A stretch of 53,372 nt of DNA from Archangiaceae bacterium (lineage in GTDB: Bacteria; Myxococcota; Myxococcia; Myxococcales; Myxococcaceae). A model generated the notes under the pieces. It was not told the DNA's origin. It did no database searches and worked only from the letters and a program-made list of their open reading frames with translations. Made by a program: the position numbers and the translations under genes. This document shows, one piece after another, positions 9,394-18,505 of this stretch. The number at the start of each line of letters is the position of its first letter. Position 1 is the stretch's first letter. The stretch covers positions 1 through 53,372 of the forward strand of contig JAYVCD010000028.1 of the NCBI GenBank assembly GCA_043750125.1, read 5' to 3'.

Positions 9394-11382
9394 CTACGGC
9401 GTCAACCCGCACCCGAACACGGGGGAACCCGCGTCCGAGAACAAGGTCCCGTTGCTCGCCGCGCACACCACGCTCTGCACGCACGGCAGAGTCTGGCCAC
9501 TGATCCCGAACTTGCACTCGCTGGTGAGCCCCGCGTCGTTGTTCGGGCAGCTGTTCGCCGTGCCCACCGTGCATTGGCACGTCTTGGGGTGCCCTCCGTC
9601 TTTTAAGGTCAGCGCCTGTTCCGGCTTGCAGCTGCCGCCGTCGTTGCCCTGGCTGCAGTCCGAGTCGGTGTTGCAGTAGTCGTCCCCCATCGCCAGCTTC
9701 GGCCGAATGATGATCGGGGGATAACCCGCCGGGCAGCCCTTGATGTCGCGTCCGACGCCGAACACGTCGCGGGTCCCATCGTTGAAGGTCGAAGGCGCGC
9801 AGACCGCGGTGTTCATCGACGCCTGCAGGCACAACATCGGCATCGGACTGCAGCTGGGGGACTTGCTGCCGTTGGCGCACGCTCCGCCCCCCTGCAAGTA
9901 CGCGGGCAACTGCTGGTTCTTGCAGTCGTCGTTGCTCATGCAGGTGGTGCAGAACGGAGGCTTCGGCGCGGTGTAGCAATTGTCCGGGCCACGATCGGAA
10001 ACCGGGGGGCACGGGTCAGCCACCCCATCGTTGTTCTTGTCTTCGCCACAGCAATACTCACCCCGGGTGCAGGCGATGGCCGCGCCGCCCTGCTCGACGC
10101 AGGTCAACAGCCGGCAGAAGTTCACACTGCCCGCGTCCGGCGAGCCGCCGTCGCTGGCACACGCAAACGGTGAACGGCAGTCTTTGTAGGCCACTCCGCT
10201 GGAAGGGTCCGTGCCGGTGCGGCAGTCGGTCTTGCAGGTCAAGGTCCCGCGGTCGCAATACCCCAGCGGGATGCTCGCGGGCGGCTGCTCAGGGCATTCC
10301 TGGTTGTCCATGCAATCGCCGTTCGCCCGGCAGCGCTTGTCAGAAGTTCCACCGCCCGAAAGGTTCTCGCCGCGGCAGGTCAACCGATCTCCGCCAAAGG
10401 CGTTGGTCGTCGACTTCTTGCAGTCGGCCTCGCTGGTGCAGGGCGTCCGGCAGCGGCCGGCTCCATAAAACACCGAGTTGATCGCCAGGTTCGCATCGTC
10501 CACCCAGCAGGTCTTTCCCGGAGGGCAGCCCGGCGAGGCTGGCTCTTTCTTCACGAAGTCCCAACGGCAGCGCGGCTCGCACAGGCACGCGCCCTTGTTG
10601 CAGACCGAGCCCGACGGGCAGCTCTTGTCCTCGACGCAGCCGACCGAGCTGCAGCTGTTGCTCTGCGGCTTGCAGTAGCCCAGCCCGTCATCGATGGTCC
10701 CGCAGGGGCACGCGCCGCTCTTTTGTTGAAAGCAGAACTTCTTCCCGCTGGGGTCGCCCTGGAGAATCTTGCAGGTGCCTTGGGGATCGAAGAGGAACTC
10801 GCTGCCACACTGCGCCGAATCGGTGCACTCTTCGCAAGGCGCGAGGCGACGGCGGCAGACTCCGGTGAAGTTCGGCTTGGATCCCGTCTCGGTCACGCAA
10901 CGGCACTGCAGGCCGTACTGGTAGCAGGGCGAGAGCGGATCGAGCGACGAGCAGTCGCTGCTGACATTGCACCCCGTCCCCGGGACGCACTGCCCGGTCG
11001 ACTGGCTGCAGAAGGTTCCGTTCTTGTAGACCGCGCAGTCGTCGTCCTTTGCGCACGGCTGGCCCGCGTCGACGGTCACCGCCCCGCCGCCACTGCCCCC
11101 CCCGCTGCCTCCACCGGTGCCGCTTCCGCCGGCCCCACCGCCGGTTCCACCGCTGCACGCGCCCAGGATGCACGCCTGGCTGGCCGTACACGCCGCGCAC
11201 GCCACGCCGCTGGCGCCACAGGCCGCCGTTTCCTTTCCGCCGACGCAGGTGCCCTTGTCGTTACAGCACCCCAGGGTGCAGTTGTCCGGGCCACAGGCCT
11301 TTGGAGTGCAGGAAGGAGCGACTGCGATCAACAGGCCGATGGCCATGCCGGTGATTGCCCAGCGAACTTGCGTCCAGCTCAT
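9394..11382 (-). CDS. Large Cys-rich secreted protein, probably a lipoprotein (myxobacterial type)
   Basis: Signal peptide ending LLIAVAPSC, Cys-rich N-terminal module, Gly/Ser linker, repeated C-x4/5-C modules; about 75 Cys in about 662 aa by manual count; start chosen at ATG 11382. Confidence 0.82.
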   Translation of the reverse strand: MSWTQVRWAITGMAIGLLIAVAPSCTPKACGPDNCTLGCCNDKGTCVGGKETAACGASGVACAACTASQACILGACSGGTGGGAGGSGTGGGSGGGSGGGAVTVDAGQPCAKDDDCAVYKNGTFCSQSTGQCVPGTGCNVSSDCSSLDPLSPCYQYGLQCRCVTETGSKPNFTGVCRRRLAPCEECTDSAQCGSEFLFDPQGTCKILQGDPSGKKFCFQQKSGACPCGTIDDGLGYCKPQSNSCSSVGCVEDKSCPSGSVCNKGACLCEPRCRWDFVKKEPASPGCPPGKTCWVDDANLAINSVFYGAGRCRTPCTSEADCKKSTTNAFGGDRLTCRGENLSGGGTSDKRCRANGDCMDNQECPEQPPASIPLGYCDRGTLTCKTDCRTGTDPSSGVAYKDCRSPFACASDGGSPDAGSVNFCRLLTCVEQGGAAIACTRGEYCCGEDKNNDGVADPCPPVSDRGPDNCYTAPKPPFCTTCMSNDDCKNQQLPAYLQGGGACANGSKSPSCSPMPMLCLQASMNTAVCAPSTFNDGTRDVFGVGRDIKGCPAGYPPIIIRPKLAMGDDYCNTDSDCSQGNDGGSCKPEQALTLKDGGHPKTCQCTVGTANSCPNNDAGLTSECKFGISGQTLPCVQSVVCAASNGTLFSDAGSPVFGCGLTP

Positions 11383-11440
11383 GTGGTTAAGCCTCGAAAA
11401 ATGGAAAGTCGGCCTGAGAGGGGGGTGCCTATAGCTGAAA

Positions 11441-12109
11441 TCACGGGCCCAAGCCCACCCAGACCGCCCCATCGGCGAAGACCTCCTTTTTCCAGATGGG
11501 AACGTCGGCTTTCAATCGTTCAATCGCATGGCGGCAGGCCGCAAAGGCCTCTGCGCGGTGAGGGGTCGAAGCGGCGATTACCACCGCCAGCTCTCCCGGA
11601 CTCAACACCCCCACCCGGTGGTGAATGGCGAGCCGGGACCCGGGCCACAATGCGGCGGCTTCGAGCGAGATCTCGGCAAACTTCTTCTCCGCCATCGGCG
11701 CGTAGGCTTCGTATTCGAGGCGAACCACCGCCTTGCCCTCGGTCGACTCCCGCACCGCACCACTGAACGTCACCATTCCACCCTGCCCGTTGCCGCTGAC
11801 CGCGCGCACCACCGCGTCCAGCGACAGCGGGGCTTGCGTGACCCAAAACTGCGGAGCCCCACTTCCTCCGGCCACCGGAGGAATCAGCGCCACTTCCGCG
11901 TTCGCCGGGACCTGGGTCTCGAGAGCGACGAACTGGTGGTCCACCGCCACCCGAAGGTGGGGCAGCAGCGCCGCAAGCTCGGGGTGGAGCCTGCAGAGCA
12001 GCTGCAGCAGCTGGCGGACGCTCGCCCCTTCGGCCAGCTGCACCTCTTCCCCAGAGCAGCCGGCCCGCTCACGCGCAGCGGCGAAATACCGCAAGGTCAC
12101 CGCGTTCAC
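11441..12109 (-). CDS. MoaD-MoaE fusion molybdopterin synthase (MoaX-like)
   Basis: MoaD part: VTLRYFAAARE...VAVD...EVALIPPVAGG. MoaE part: TFSGAVR, LEYEAYAPMA, HRVG, PHRAEAF, PIWKKE. GTG start at 12109. Confidence 0.92.
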   Translation of the reverse strand: MNAVTLRYFAAARERAGCSGEEVQLAEGASVRQLLQLLCRLHPELAALLPHLRVAVDHQFVALETQVPANAEVALIPPVAGGSGAPQFWVTQAPLSLDAVVRAVSGNGQGGMVTFSGAVRESTEGKAVVRLEYEAYAPMAEKKFAEISLEAAALWPGSRLAIHHRVGVLSPGELAVVIAASTPHRAEAFAACRHAIERLKADVPIWKKEVFADGAVWVGLGP

Positions 12110-12110
12110 G

Positions 12111-12776
12111 TCAGCCTTTGGAAGTGGGCTCGCCGCTGTCGGGCTTCTTCCATTTCGCCGTAGGCCTCTTCTTCTTCGGCCTGGGTTTGATCGCCGGCCC
12201 ATCGTCGTCGGGGTCGTGGCCTTCGGCTTCGTCCCGAATGAGCTCTTCGACCCCACTGCCGTGTTTCTTGCGGAACTCGTCGAACTTCTCTTTGGTGAAC
12301 ACGCTGCCCGCTTCAGATTTGGCTTTCGTGAACACCGTCTTCAGCACCGCCTTCGTCACGTCGCGATTCGCGAAGTAGGCCATCGCGACATGGCCCATTC
12401 CCCAGGTGATGCCGAACGCCCAGGGCGCGGCGAGCACTCCACCCAGCCCAGGCAGGAAAATCTTCGTCAGCGTCGCGAAGCTCTTCTGCGCCACCAGCCC
12501 GGCCCCGCAGACCGAGGCCAGCTCGAGCACCAGGTGCTTGGCCTCTTCACGATTCAGCTCTCGTCCGTAGACCCGGCCGATCGCGGTCACCATCGTGGCC
12601 TGGACGGCAGTGACCGCCACGAAGTCCGAGAACGGAATCGGCACCAGGGTGACGACCGCCGAACCGAACGACGACATCATCACCAGGTCCCGGGCAATCT
12701 CTTCTGACTGAGCCGTATTGAGCTTCTTCTTCGAAGCTGCCTTTGCGGTCGCGTTCAAACTGTCCAACCAGCCCAT
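12111..12776 (-). CDS. DUF697/YcjF-like membrane-associated protein
   Basis: VPIPFSDFVAVTAVQATMVTAIGRVYG and KIFLPGLGG..AA patterns; charged C-terminal tail. Confidence 0.72.
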   Translation of the reverse strand: MGWLDSLNATAKAASKKKLNTAQSEEIARDLVMMSSFGSAVVTLVPIPFSDFVAVTAVQATMVTAIGRVYGRELNREEAKHLVLELASVCGAGLVAQKSFATLTKIFLPGLGGVLAAPWAFGITWGMGHVAMAYFANRDVTKAVLKTVFTKAKSEAGSVFTKEKFDEFRKKHGSGVEELIRDEAEGHDPDDDGPAIKPRPKKKRPTAKWKKPDSGEPTSKG

Positions 12777-12826
12777 ACATCCTCCGTTGCGGTGGGTGCG
12801 AGACGCACCGGGTTAAACACCCGTTC

Positions 12827-12864
12827 GACTTGAAAATCCTTCTTCTCCGTTAAGCTTTCAAGTC
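12827..12864. promoter_or_regulatory. Perfect 9-bp inverted repeat in a divergent promoter region
   Basis: GACTTGAAA (12827-12835), 20-nt spacer, TTTCAAGTC (12856-12864); each arm contains a TTGAAA -35-like hexamer on one strand. Confidence 0.45.
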
Positions 12865-12868
12865 TTCC

Positions 12869-14080
12869 ATGGACACTCTCTCAGCCGACACGCTCGCCAG
12901 TCGCGGTCCCATCAGCGGCGAGTCGCCCCTGCCGACTGACTCGCGGATCAACACGGTATTGCCCAAGGTCGAGTGGGTCGGAGAAGTCCCCCACCTGGTC
13001 AGCAACAACCGCGATCGCTTCGAAGAGCTTGGAGTGCTGGGGGTCGGAGGAATGGGCGAAGTGGTCCTGGCCCGGGATCACGACATCGGCCGCACGGTCG
13101 CGCTGAAGCGGATGTTGCCGGGCAAGGACATGGCCACGGTGCTGCGCTTCGTCGACGAGGTGCGCGCGGTGGGAAGCCTCGAGCACCCCAACATCGTCCC
13201 CGTGCACGACGTGGGCATCGATTCCGCCGGTCGGTTTTTCTTCGTGATGAAGCGGCTGGACGGGCAGACCCTGGAAACGGTGATCACCTCGCTGCGAGAC
13301 GGAGCTCAATCGGCGCGGGACAAGCTCACCTTTCCGATGCGCGCGCAGATCTTCTTGGGGATCCTCGCGGCCGTCGCGTACGCGCACAAACAGGGGTTCA
13401 TTCACCGCGATCTGAAGCCCGCCAACATCATGCTCGGCCCCTTTGGCGAGGTGACCGTGATGGATTGGGGCCTCGCCAAACAGATTCGCGGTCCGAAATC
13501 GAAGGGGCTGCCGCAACCGGGAATGGTCGACGAGCATCGATCCGGGCCGCGACGCCCGAGCGTGCTCAGTACCCAGTTGGGCTCGATGATGGGAACTCCG
13601 CTGTACATGTCTCCCGAGCAGGCGCGGGGCGAGCACGACAAGGTGGACGAGCGCAGCGACATCTACAGCCTGACCGTCCTCTTCCACGAGCTGTGCTTTG
13701 GCACCCACTACCTCGCAGGTCGAAACACCTTGGCCGAAGTCGTCGAAGGGGTGAAGACAATCAGCCCGAGGGTCGGCCCCAAATTGGCGGTCGACGATTC
13801 GGTGCCTGCCGAGCTGCAGTGGTACATGACGCACGGCTTCGAGAAAAAGGCCGAAGACCGCTTCCAGTCGGTCGACGAGATGATCGCCGTCCTGCAGCAG
13901 GTCCTCGACGGCCGCTTCGAGGTCAAATGCGCGCGAACCATGGCCAAGCGCGGATTGTTGATGTTGACCCACGGCCTCGACCGGAAGCCGTGGGCCTTCG
14001 TGCCCGGCGTCCTGTTCGGAACCGGGGTGGGCGTCATTGCCGTCGGGAAGTTGATGTTCGATCTGATCAGCGCTCTCTGA
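12869..14080 (+). CDS. Hanks-type Ser/Thr protein kinase with C-terminal hydrophobic anchor
   Basis: LGVGGMGEV, VALK, HPNIVPVHD, HRDLKPANI, DWG, GTPLYMSPEQ, SDIYSL. Confidence 0.95.
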   Translation: MDTLSADTLASRGPISGESPLPTDSRINTVLPKVEWVGEVPHLVSNNRDRFEELGVLGVGGMGEVVLARDHDIGRTVALKRMLPGKDMATVLRFVDEVRAVGSLEHPNIVPVHDVGIDSAGRFFFVMKRLDGQTLETVITSLRDGAQSARDKLTFPMRAQIFLGILAAVAYAHKQGFIHRDLKPANIMLGPFGEVTVMDWGLAKQIRGPKSKGLPQPGMVDEHRSGPRRPSVLSTQLGSMMGTPLYMSPEQARGEHDKVDERSDIYSLTVLFHELCFGTHYLAGRNTLAEVVEGVKTISPRVGPKLAVDDSVPAELQWYMTHGFEKKAEDRFQSVDEMIAVLQQVLDGRFEVKCARTMAKRGLLMLTHGLDRKPWAFVPGVLFGTGVGVIAVGKLMFDLISAL

Positions 14081-15785
14081 GCGAGATCAAACCCCATAGC
14101 TTTCCGCCGCGGGCCCCGGGCTCGAAGTCGAGCACCAGAAAGTCGATCGGCGTCAGCTGATCGAGAAACGCAGAGCTGAACCCTTGAACCGTCACCACTT
14201 TGGCGGAATCTATTCCGGCGAGGCTGCGGGGAATCTGAAGCTCGGCCTTCAGCCGGCCCACGTCGACGAGCAACGAGCTGTGCCCCGGCCCAAACGCTCC
14301 ATTGAACCGCGCGCCGAGTTCTTTGGCCAGGTCAGCATTGGTGCGGGGACCACTGGCATCTCCGCTGCGAATCATCAGGGCCCGAGGGGTCAAGGCGATC
14401 GTCGCGGTCAGGCTCGAGAGCCTTCGTTGCCACAGCAGCGCGTCGCGGTCATCGGCGTAGGGGGCCCGCACCGGCGCTCCGAGCAGGGAAGAGAGCACCG
14501 GAGCCACCGGCTCGCGGGCCGTGAGGCCGGCAATGAGATGAATGACGCCGCGCCACTCGGGCTTCCCGGTGCCGTCGACGAGGTTTCTCAAAAAGCCTTC
14601 AGCGTCGAACCACGCGAGCGCACCGAGCTCTCCGGTAAAGGCCCGCACCGCCGCGCGGGTATCGAGCCCCGCCCCGTCGAGCCGCGCGAGCAGGCCCGGC
14701 TTTTGACTTTTGCTGCCTGTGGCCAGAAACAGGTCGGCCAGCTCGTCCGGGGGCAGCGACAACTTCAGCGCCGCCACTGGCCCTTCGGCTCCGCGAGCGA
14801 ACATTCCCGGAGGAACCAGGTTGGGCTTCAACGGACGCGCGGTGCGAACCGACCCTTCGAGTGTCGCGCTTCGCGTTCCCACCCGAACCCCGGCCATCAC
14901 CGATTGGAACAGGGGACCTCGGGTCAGCGCGGGCTCATCGGGCCGCTCGCGCGCGTAAAGGCAAAGCGTGCTGTTGCCGAGCCCGGCGTACGACTCGGCG
15001 AACAGCGGGTCGGCCTGAAGCCCACGCCCGCTTGCGGCCCGAACGTGCGCCACGATGTTCGCAACTTCCTCCGCGTCCGCCTCGGGTTCCGGCAGCGCGA
15101 GGTAGAGGTAGCCCCGGTCGACGAACGCGGCCGCCTTCCCCCACGCCGCTGCGAAAATCCGGATTCCATCGACCGTCTTCGGGCTCTCTTCGGCCCCCGA
15201 GGCGAGCAGCTTCAGCGCCAAGGCCTTCATCGCGCGGTCTGCGTCGACGACGCCCAACAGCGCGATCGTCCCGCTGAAGCCGGGCAGCATCATCACCCCC
15301 ACGCCTTCCTGGGGATCCACCACCGAGCCCTCGCCCATCGACAGCTCGAGCGCGAGCGCCGGCAGCCAGGTCTGTTCGAGCGCGCGCTGCAGGTTGCCCG
15401 GCCCGGCGACGCGCTCGAAGAAGTCCACCGCCGGGCCGAGATCTTCTTTGAGCGAGGGGGTCCAGAGAATCGCTTCGACGTCCTCGGGCACGGCCCGCAC
15501 CAGCGCTCGGGGTACCACGGTGAGCTCGACGCGATCGATCAACGTTTCGGCTTCGAAGCCCTGCACGACGTAGTGCCCGGCTTTGGCAAACGCGTGACTG
15601 GCTTGAGAGGCCGCGACGCGCGCACTGCCGTCGGCAAAGTCCCAGCTGAGCACGCCGTCGCCGGGCAGGCCGAAGTCGACCCCCACTCCAGTGTCGATCG
15701 CAACTTCCACCCGGGTCGCTCGCAGAACGCGATGACAGCCCGCAAGCACGGCGAGAAAAGTCAGGGCTACGACGCGAACGGACAC
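14067..15785 (-). CDS. PKD-domain lipoprotein with large C-terminal alpha/beta region
   Basis: Lipobox VLAGC; PKD signature LSWDFADGS...SHAFAKAGHYVV; start approximate (GTG 15785). Confidence 0.72.
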   Translation of the reverse strand: MSVRVVALTFLAVLAGCHRVLRATRVEVAIDTGVGVDFGLPGDGVLSWDFADGSARVAASQASHAFAKAGHYVVQGFEAETLIDRVELTVVPRALVRAVPEDVEAILWTPSLKEDLGPAVDFFERVAGPGNLQRALEQTWLPALALELSMGEGSVVDPQEGVGVMMLPGFSGTIALLGVVDADRAMKALALKLLASGAEESPKTVDGIRIFAAAWGKAAAFVDRGYLYLALPEPEADAEEVANIVAHVRAASGRGLQADPLFAESYAGLGNSTLCLYARERPDEPALTRGPLFQSVMAGVRVGTRSATLEGSVRTARPLKPNLVPPGMFARGAEGPVAALKLSLPPDELADLFLATGSKSQKPGLLARLDGAGLDTRAAVRAFTGELGALAWFDAEGFLRNLVDGTGKPEWRGVIHLIAGLTAREPVAPVLSSLLGAPVRAPYADDRDALLWQRRLSSLTATIALTPRALMIRSGDASGPRTNADLAKELGARFNGAFGPGHSSLLVDVGRLKAELQIPRSLAGIDSAKVVTVQGFSSAFLDQLTPIDFLVLDFEPGARGGKLWGLISLRER

Positions 15786-15801
15786 GCGGAGAAGTGGTTC
15801 T

Positions 15802-16524
15802 TTAGAATTCGATGGCGATGCCGAACATCGCGTTGCGGCTCGACAGGTCGAGGCCGTCGGCCTGCCCATTCGCTCGCTTGGCTCCGAAGTTGTTTACCTC
15901 GGTGATGGCCCATTCGGCGAACAGGTAGGTGTGGTTGACCCCTGCGCTGGTGTCGAAGTCCCGCGCCAGCCGCGGGTCGAGAAAGTCGATCTGCAACGCG
16001 AGCCCGATCGTCGCGGCGACCCCGAACCGCACCCCCACCCCCTCCTGCCCATCGGCCAGCTCGGTCTTACCTCCTTTCACCACCCACCACGGCTCAGCCA
16101 CGAAGCCGCCTTTGACGTACGGCACGAATGGAATGTTGTGTTTCTGCGACAGCCAATCGAACCGGTAGACCGCCATCAGCTTCATCGGAAACAAACGCAA
16201 CCCGGTGCTTTCCGCCGCCTTCATCCCGGTCACGGCATCGGTTGCAGGACCAAATTTCTCCGCGTAACCCACTGAAAACCCCACCGCCAGCGACCCCAAC
16301 GGCCGCCAGAACTGGTAGTCGAGCTCGAGCTCGCCCATCAACATCTGCGAGTTGCCGAAAGTGTTGTAGTACGGCTTGGCAGTGAGCGACTCGTCCCGAT
16401 CAATCAGCGGTTTGTGCGGCCCAAGCTTGATTTCGAACGCGAAGGACTGGTCGGTTGCACCGTAGACGTCCGCAGCAAAAGCATTTGCGCCCACCGAGGC
16501 CACAATTAAAACGAGAAAGCGCAT
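15802..16524 (-). CDS. Outer-membrane beta-barrel protein (MXAN_2562-like family)
   Basis: Signal peptide (ANAFA), amphipathic strands, PFVPYVKGG, DFDTSAGVNHTYLFAE, C-terminal FGIAIEF beta-signal. Confidence 0.8.
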   Translation of the reverse strand: MRFLVLIVASVGANAFAADVYGATDQSFAFEIKLGPHKPLIDRDESLTAKPYYNTFGNSQMLMGELELDYQFWRPLGSLAVGFSVGYAEKFGPATDAVTGMKAAESTGLRLFPMKLMAVYRFDWLSQKHNIPFVPYVKGGFVAEPWWVVKGGKTELADGQEGVGVRFGVAATIGLALQIDFLDPRLARDFDTSAGVNHTYLFAEWAITEVNNFGAKRANGQADGLDLSSRNAMFGIAIEF

Positions 16525-16526
16525 CG

Positions 16527-17405
16527 TCAGCTCCTCTTCCTGTTTCTACGCAGCAGCCACAGGCCACCAACGACGAACAGCGGAACGCCGTCCACCACCT
16601 GGCAGCCTCCCTTTTCCGCACTGCCTGCCTCGCGAACATTGGCCCAGAAGCCCTTGGTCAATCGCGGAGTGGCAGCGACCATCGCCGACGGCACGCTGAA
16701 GTTGCTGGCCGAGTCTTCGGCCCGGGCCTGAATGTCATAGGTCGTCCCGTTGATCAGGTTCTGGATTCGAATCGACGAGCCGGCCGTGGTGGCGATCTGT
16801 GCTCGTTCGGCGAAGGTCACCTCACCTTGGGCCCGGGTGTCGAAGTGCACCACCGACGTGTCGGTCTGGGCGGTGAACTTGATCTGCAGGGCGCTGTCCT
16901 GCTCGCTGACCTCGCCAATCGTCGGGGCCGCCGGAGCCTTGGTGTCGTAAATCAAGCTCAGCGACTTGGCCTGCTGTTGGACACAGGTCGCCCCGATGGT
17001 TGCGCTGGCGATTCCAACCGCGCCGCAAATTCGGTGGGGCTTTTCGATGTCGGGGGTGCCACAGGTGTAGCCCGCGTCGCTGTATTTGAAGCCGGGAAGA
17101 TCTGCGAGGGCCACGGTGAAGGTGCCGGTCTTGCGCGCCAGCTCTGTGATCGGGACAGTGGTGAAACGGGGATCATTGACACCCGGAGTGTCCTGGCACT
17201 CGCCCTCGGTCACCCACAGCGTCAGGCCACTGCCGCACGCCCCCAGAACAATCGTGGAGGTCCAGGTCACCTGAATGGTCGCGCTGCACGAGGACGCATT
17301 GAAGCGGTAGATGTCCGATTCCTGAAACGTGTAGTCGAGGGCCACGCTTTGCGCCCAGGCACCCGAAGTCGTAAGCAGCCCAAGGAGTAGGAAAGTGCGG
17401 GTCAT
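16527..17405 (-). CDS. Fibronectin type III protein with MYXO-CTERM sorting tag (MXAN_2561-like)
   Basis: Signal peptide GAWA-Q; FN3 motif IQNLINGTTYDIQARAEDSASNFS; C-terminal GGC + hydrophobic helix + RRNRKRS. Confidence 0.82.
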   Translation of the reverse strand: MTRTFLLLGLLTTSGAWAQSVALDYTFQESDIYRFNASSCSATIQVTWTSTIVLGACGSGLTLWVTEGECQDTPGVNDPRFTTVPITELARKTGTFTVALADLPGFKYSDAGYTCGTPDIEKPHRICGAVGIASATIGATCVQQQAKSLSLIYDTKAPAAPTIGEVSEQDSALQIKFTAQTDTSVVHFDTRAQGEVTFAERAQIATTAGSSIRIQNLINGTTYDIQARAEDSASNFSVPSAMVAATPRLTKGFWANVREAGSAEKGGCQVVDGVPLFVVGGLWLLRRNRKRS

Positions 17406-17510
17406 TTGTCTCGCGCCATTAAGCAACGCCTCGGCCACCTGAAGCCAGCAAGTTACCCAGTCTAATCGGCACCTTGAGCCTCAATCGCTGTTCGCCCGAC
17501 TGCCATTTTG

Positions 17511-18503
17511 TCACGGCCGGGAAGCCAACTTGATCGCCAGCGACGCGGCGACTTCCCCCGCCCGCCCGGCATTGTCGAGCGCGGCCACCAGCTGAAGCGA
17601 CTTGCCCTCGAGACGAATCCTTCCCACGTGAATCGACGGGTCGGCGGTCACCAGCATCGGCATCGGGTAGATCCCCTCGGCCGGCGAGTCGAGCACCTTC
17701 AGCCCCGCGACGCCTTTGAGTCGCTCGCGCAGCGCGTCGGCATCGAACACCCGTTCGAGCTGGGCACTGATCACCAGCAGCGTGCCGTGAAAAAACGGAG
17801 CGGCGATCATCGTGCACGACAGCGGGGTCGGACCCAGCCGCCGGGCGACCTCGAGCTTCAACGCGACCTCGTCACTGGTGTGCGCGCCGACGAAAGCCCC
17901 CACCTGGGGCACGAGGTTGAAGGCGAGGCGGTGCGGAAAGACGCTGGGGTCCACTTCCGACGCATTGAGCAGCGCCGCGGTCTGTTTTTCGAACGCGGTG
18001 ATTCCCGGCTGGCCTCCATGGGCGGCGCCGAACAACACCACCACCTGAACCGCCTGCAGACCGACCGTGCTCTGCACCGGCTCGAGCGCGGCGAGGACCG
18101 CCTGCGTCGCGGGGCTCGCCACCGAAATGATCCGCCCGTTGAACGGCCTGGTGAGCAGCAAGTCGTTCTCTGCCAACACCAGGGGAATGGCCAGGTCGCT
18201 GCGAAAGGCCCCCGACAAATCGACGACCCAGGCGCCGCTTTGCTGCGCGGACAAAGCCAACGGGCGCGCGACTTCAGCGGGGCACGCGAGCACCACCACC
18301 TTGATCCCGACGAACGCTTCCTGGCTCAGCTGCTCGACCTCGAGGCTCTCGCCCGAATAGTCCACGTCGGCGCCCTGCGTCCGCTCGGAAGCAAACAGCG
18401 TCAACCCCTGCGCGGGGTGATCCTTCTCTTCCAGCGCGCGCAAGATCTGTTGGCCCACCGCGCCTGTCGCCCCGACAACTGCAATCTGTTCTTGAATGGC
18501 CAT
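17511..18503 (-). CDS. Aspartate-semialdehyde dehydrogenase-like protein (Usg-like, catalytic residues missing)
   Basis: VVGATGAVG, VVDLSGAFR, FPHRLAFNLVPQVG and VGRIR retained; NPNC replaced by VASP. Confidence 0.85.
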   Translation of the reverse strand: MAIQEQIAVVGATGAVGQQILRALEEKDHPAQGLTLFASERTQGADVDYSGESLEVEQLSQEAFVGIKVVVLACPAEVARPLALSAQQSGAWVVDLSGAFRSDLAIPLVLAENDLLLTRPFNGRIISVASPATQAVLAALEPVQSTVGLQAVQVVVLFGAAHGGQPGITAFEKQTAALLNASEVDPSVFPHRLAFNLVPQVGAFVGAHTSDEVALKLEVARRLGPTPLSCTMIAAPFFHGTLLVISAQLERVFDADALRERLKGVAGLKVLDSPAEGIYPMPMLVTADPSIHVGRIRLEGKSLQLVAALDNAGRAGEVAASLAIKLASRP

Positions 18504-18505
18504 GG

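Noticed and set aside
11085..11155. Gly/Ser/Cys-rich stretch as a microcin B17-like precursor for TldD/E
   Set aside because: It is an internal linker of a 662-aa exported protein, and no YcaO or dehydrogenase genes are present.
14184..15905. 573-aa + strand ORF, and similar long antisense ORFs such as 51169-52737 and 47004-48287
   Set aside because: Shadows of well-supported genes with no recognisable domains.
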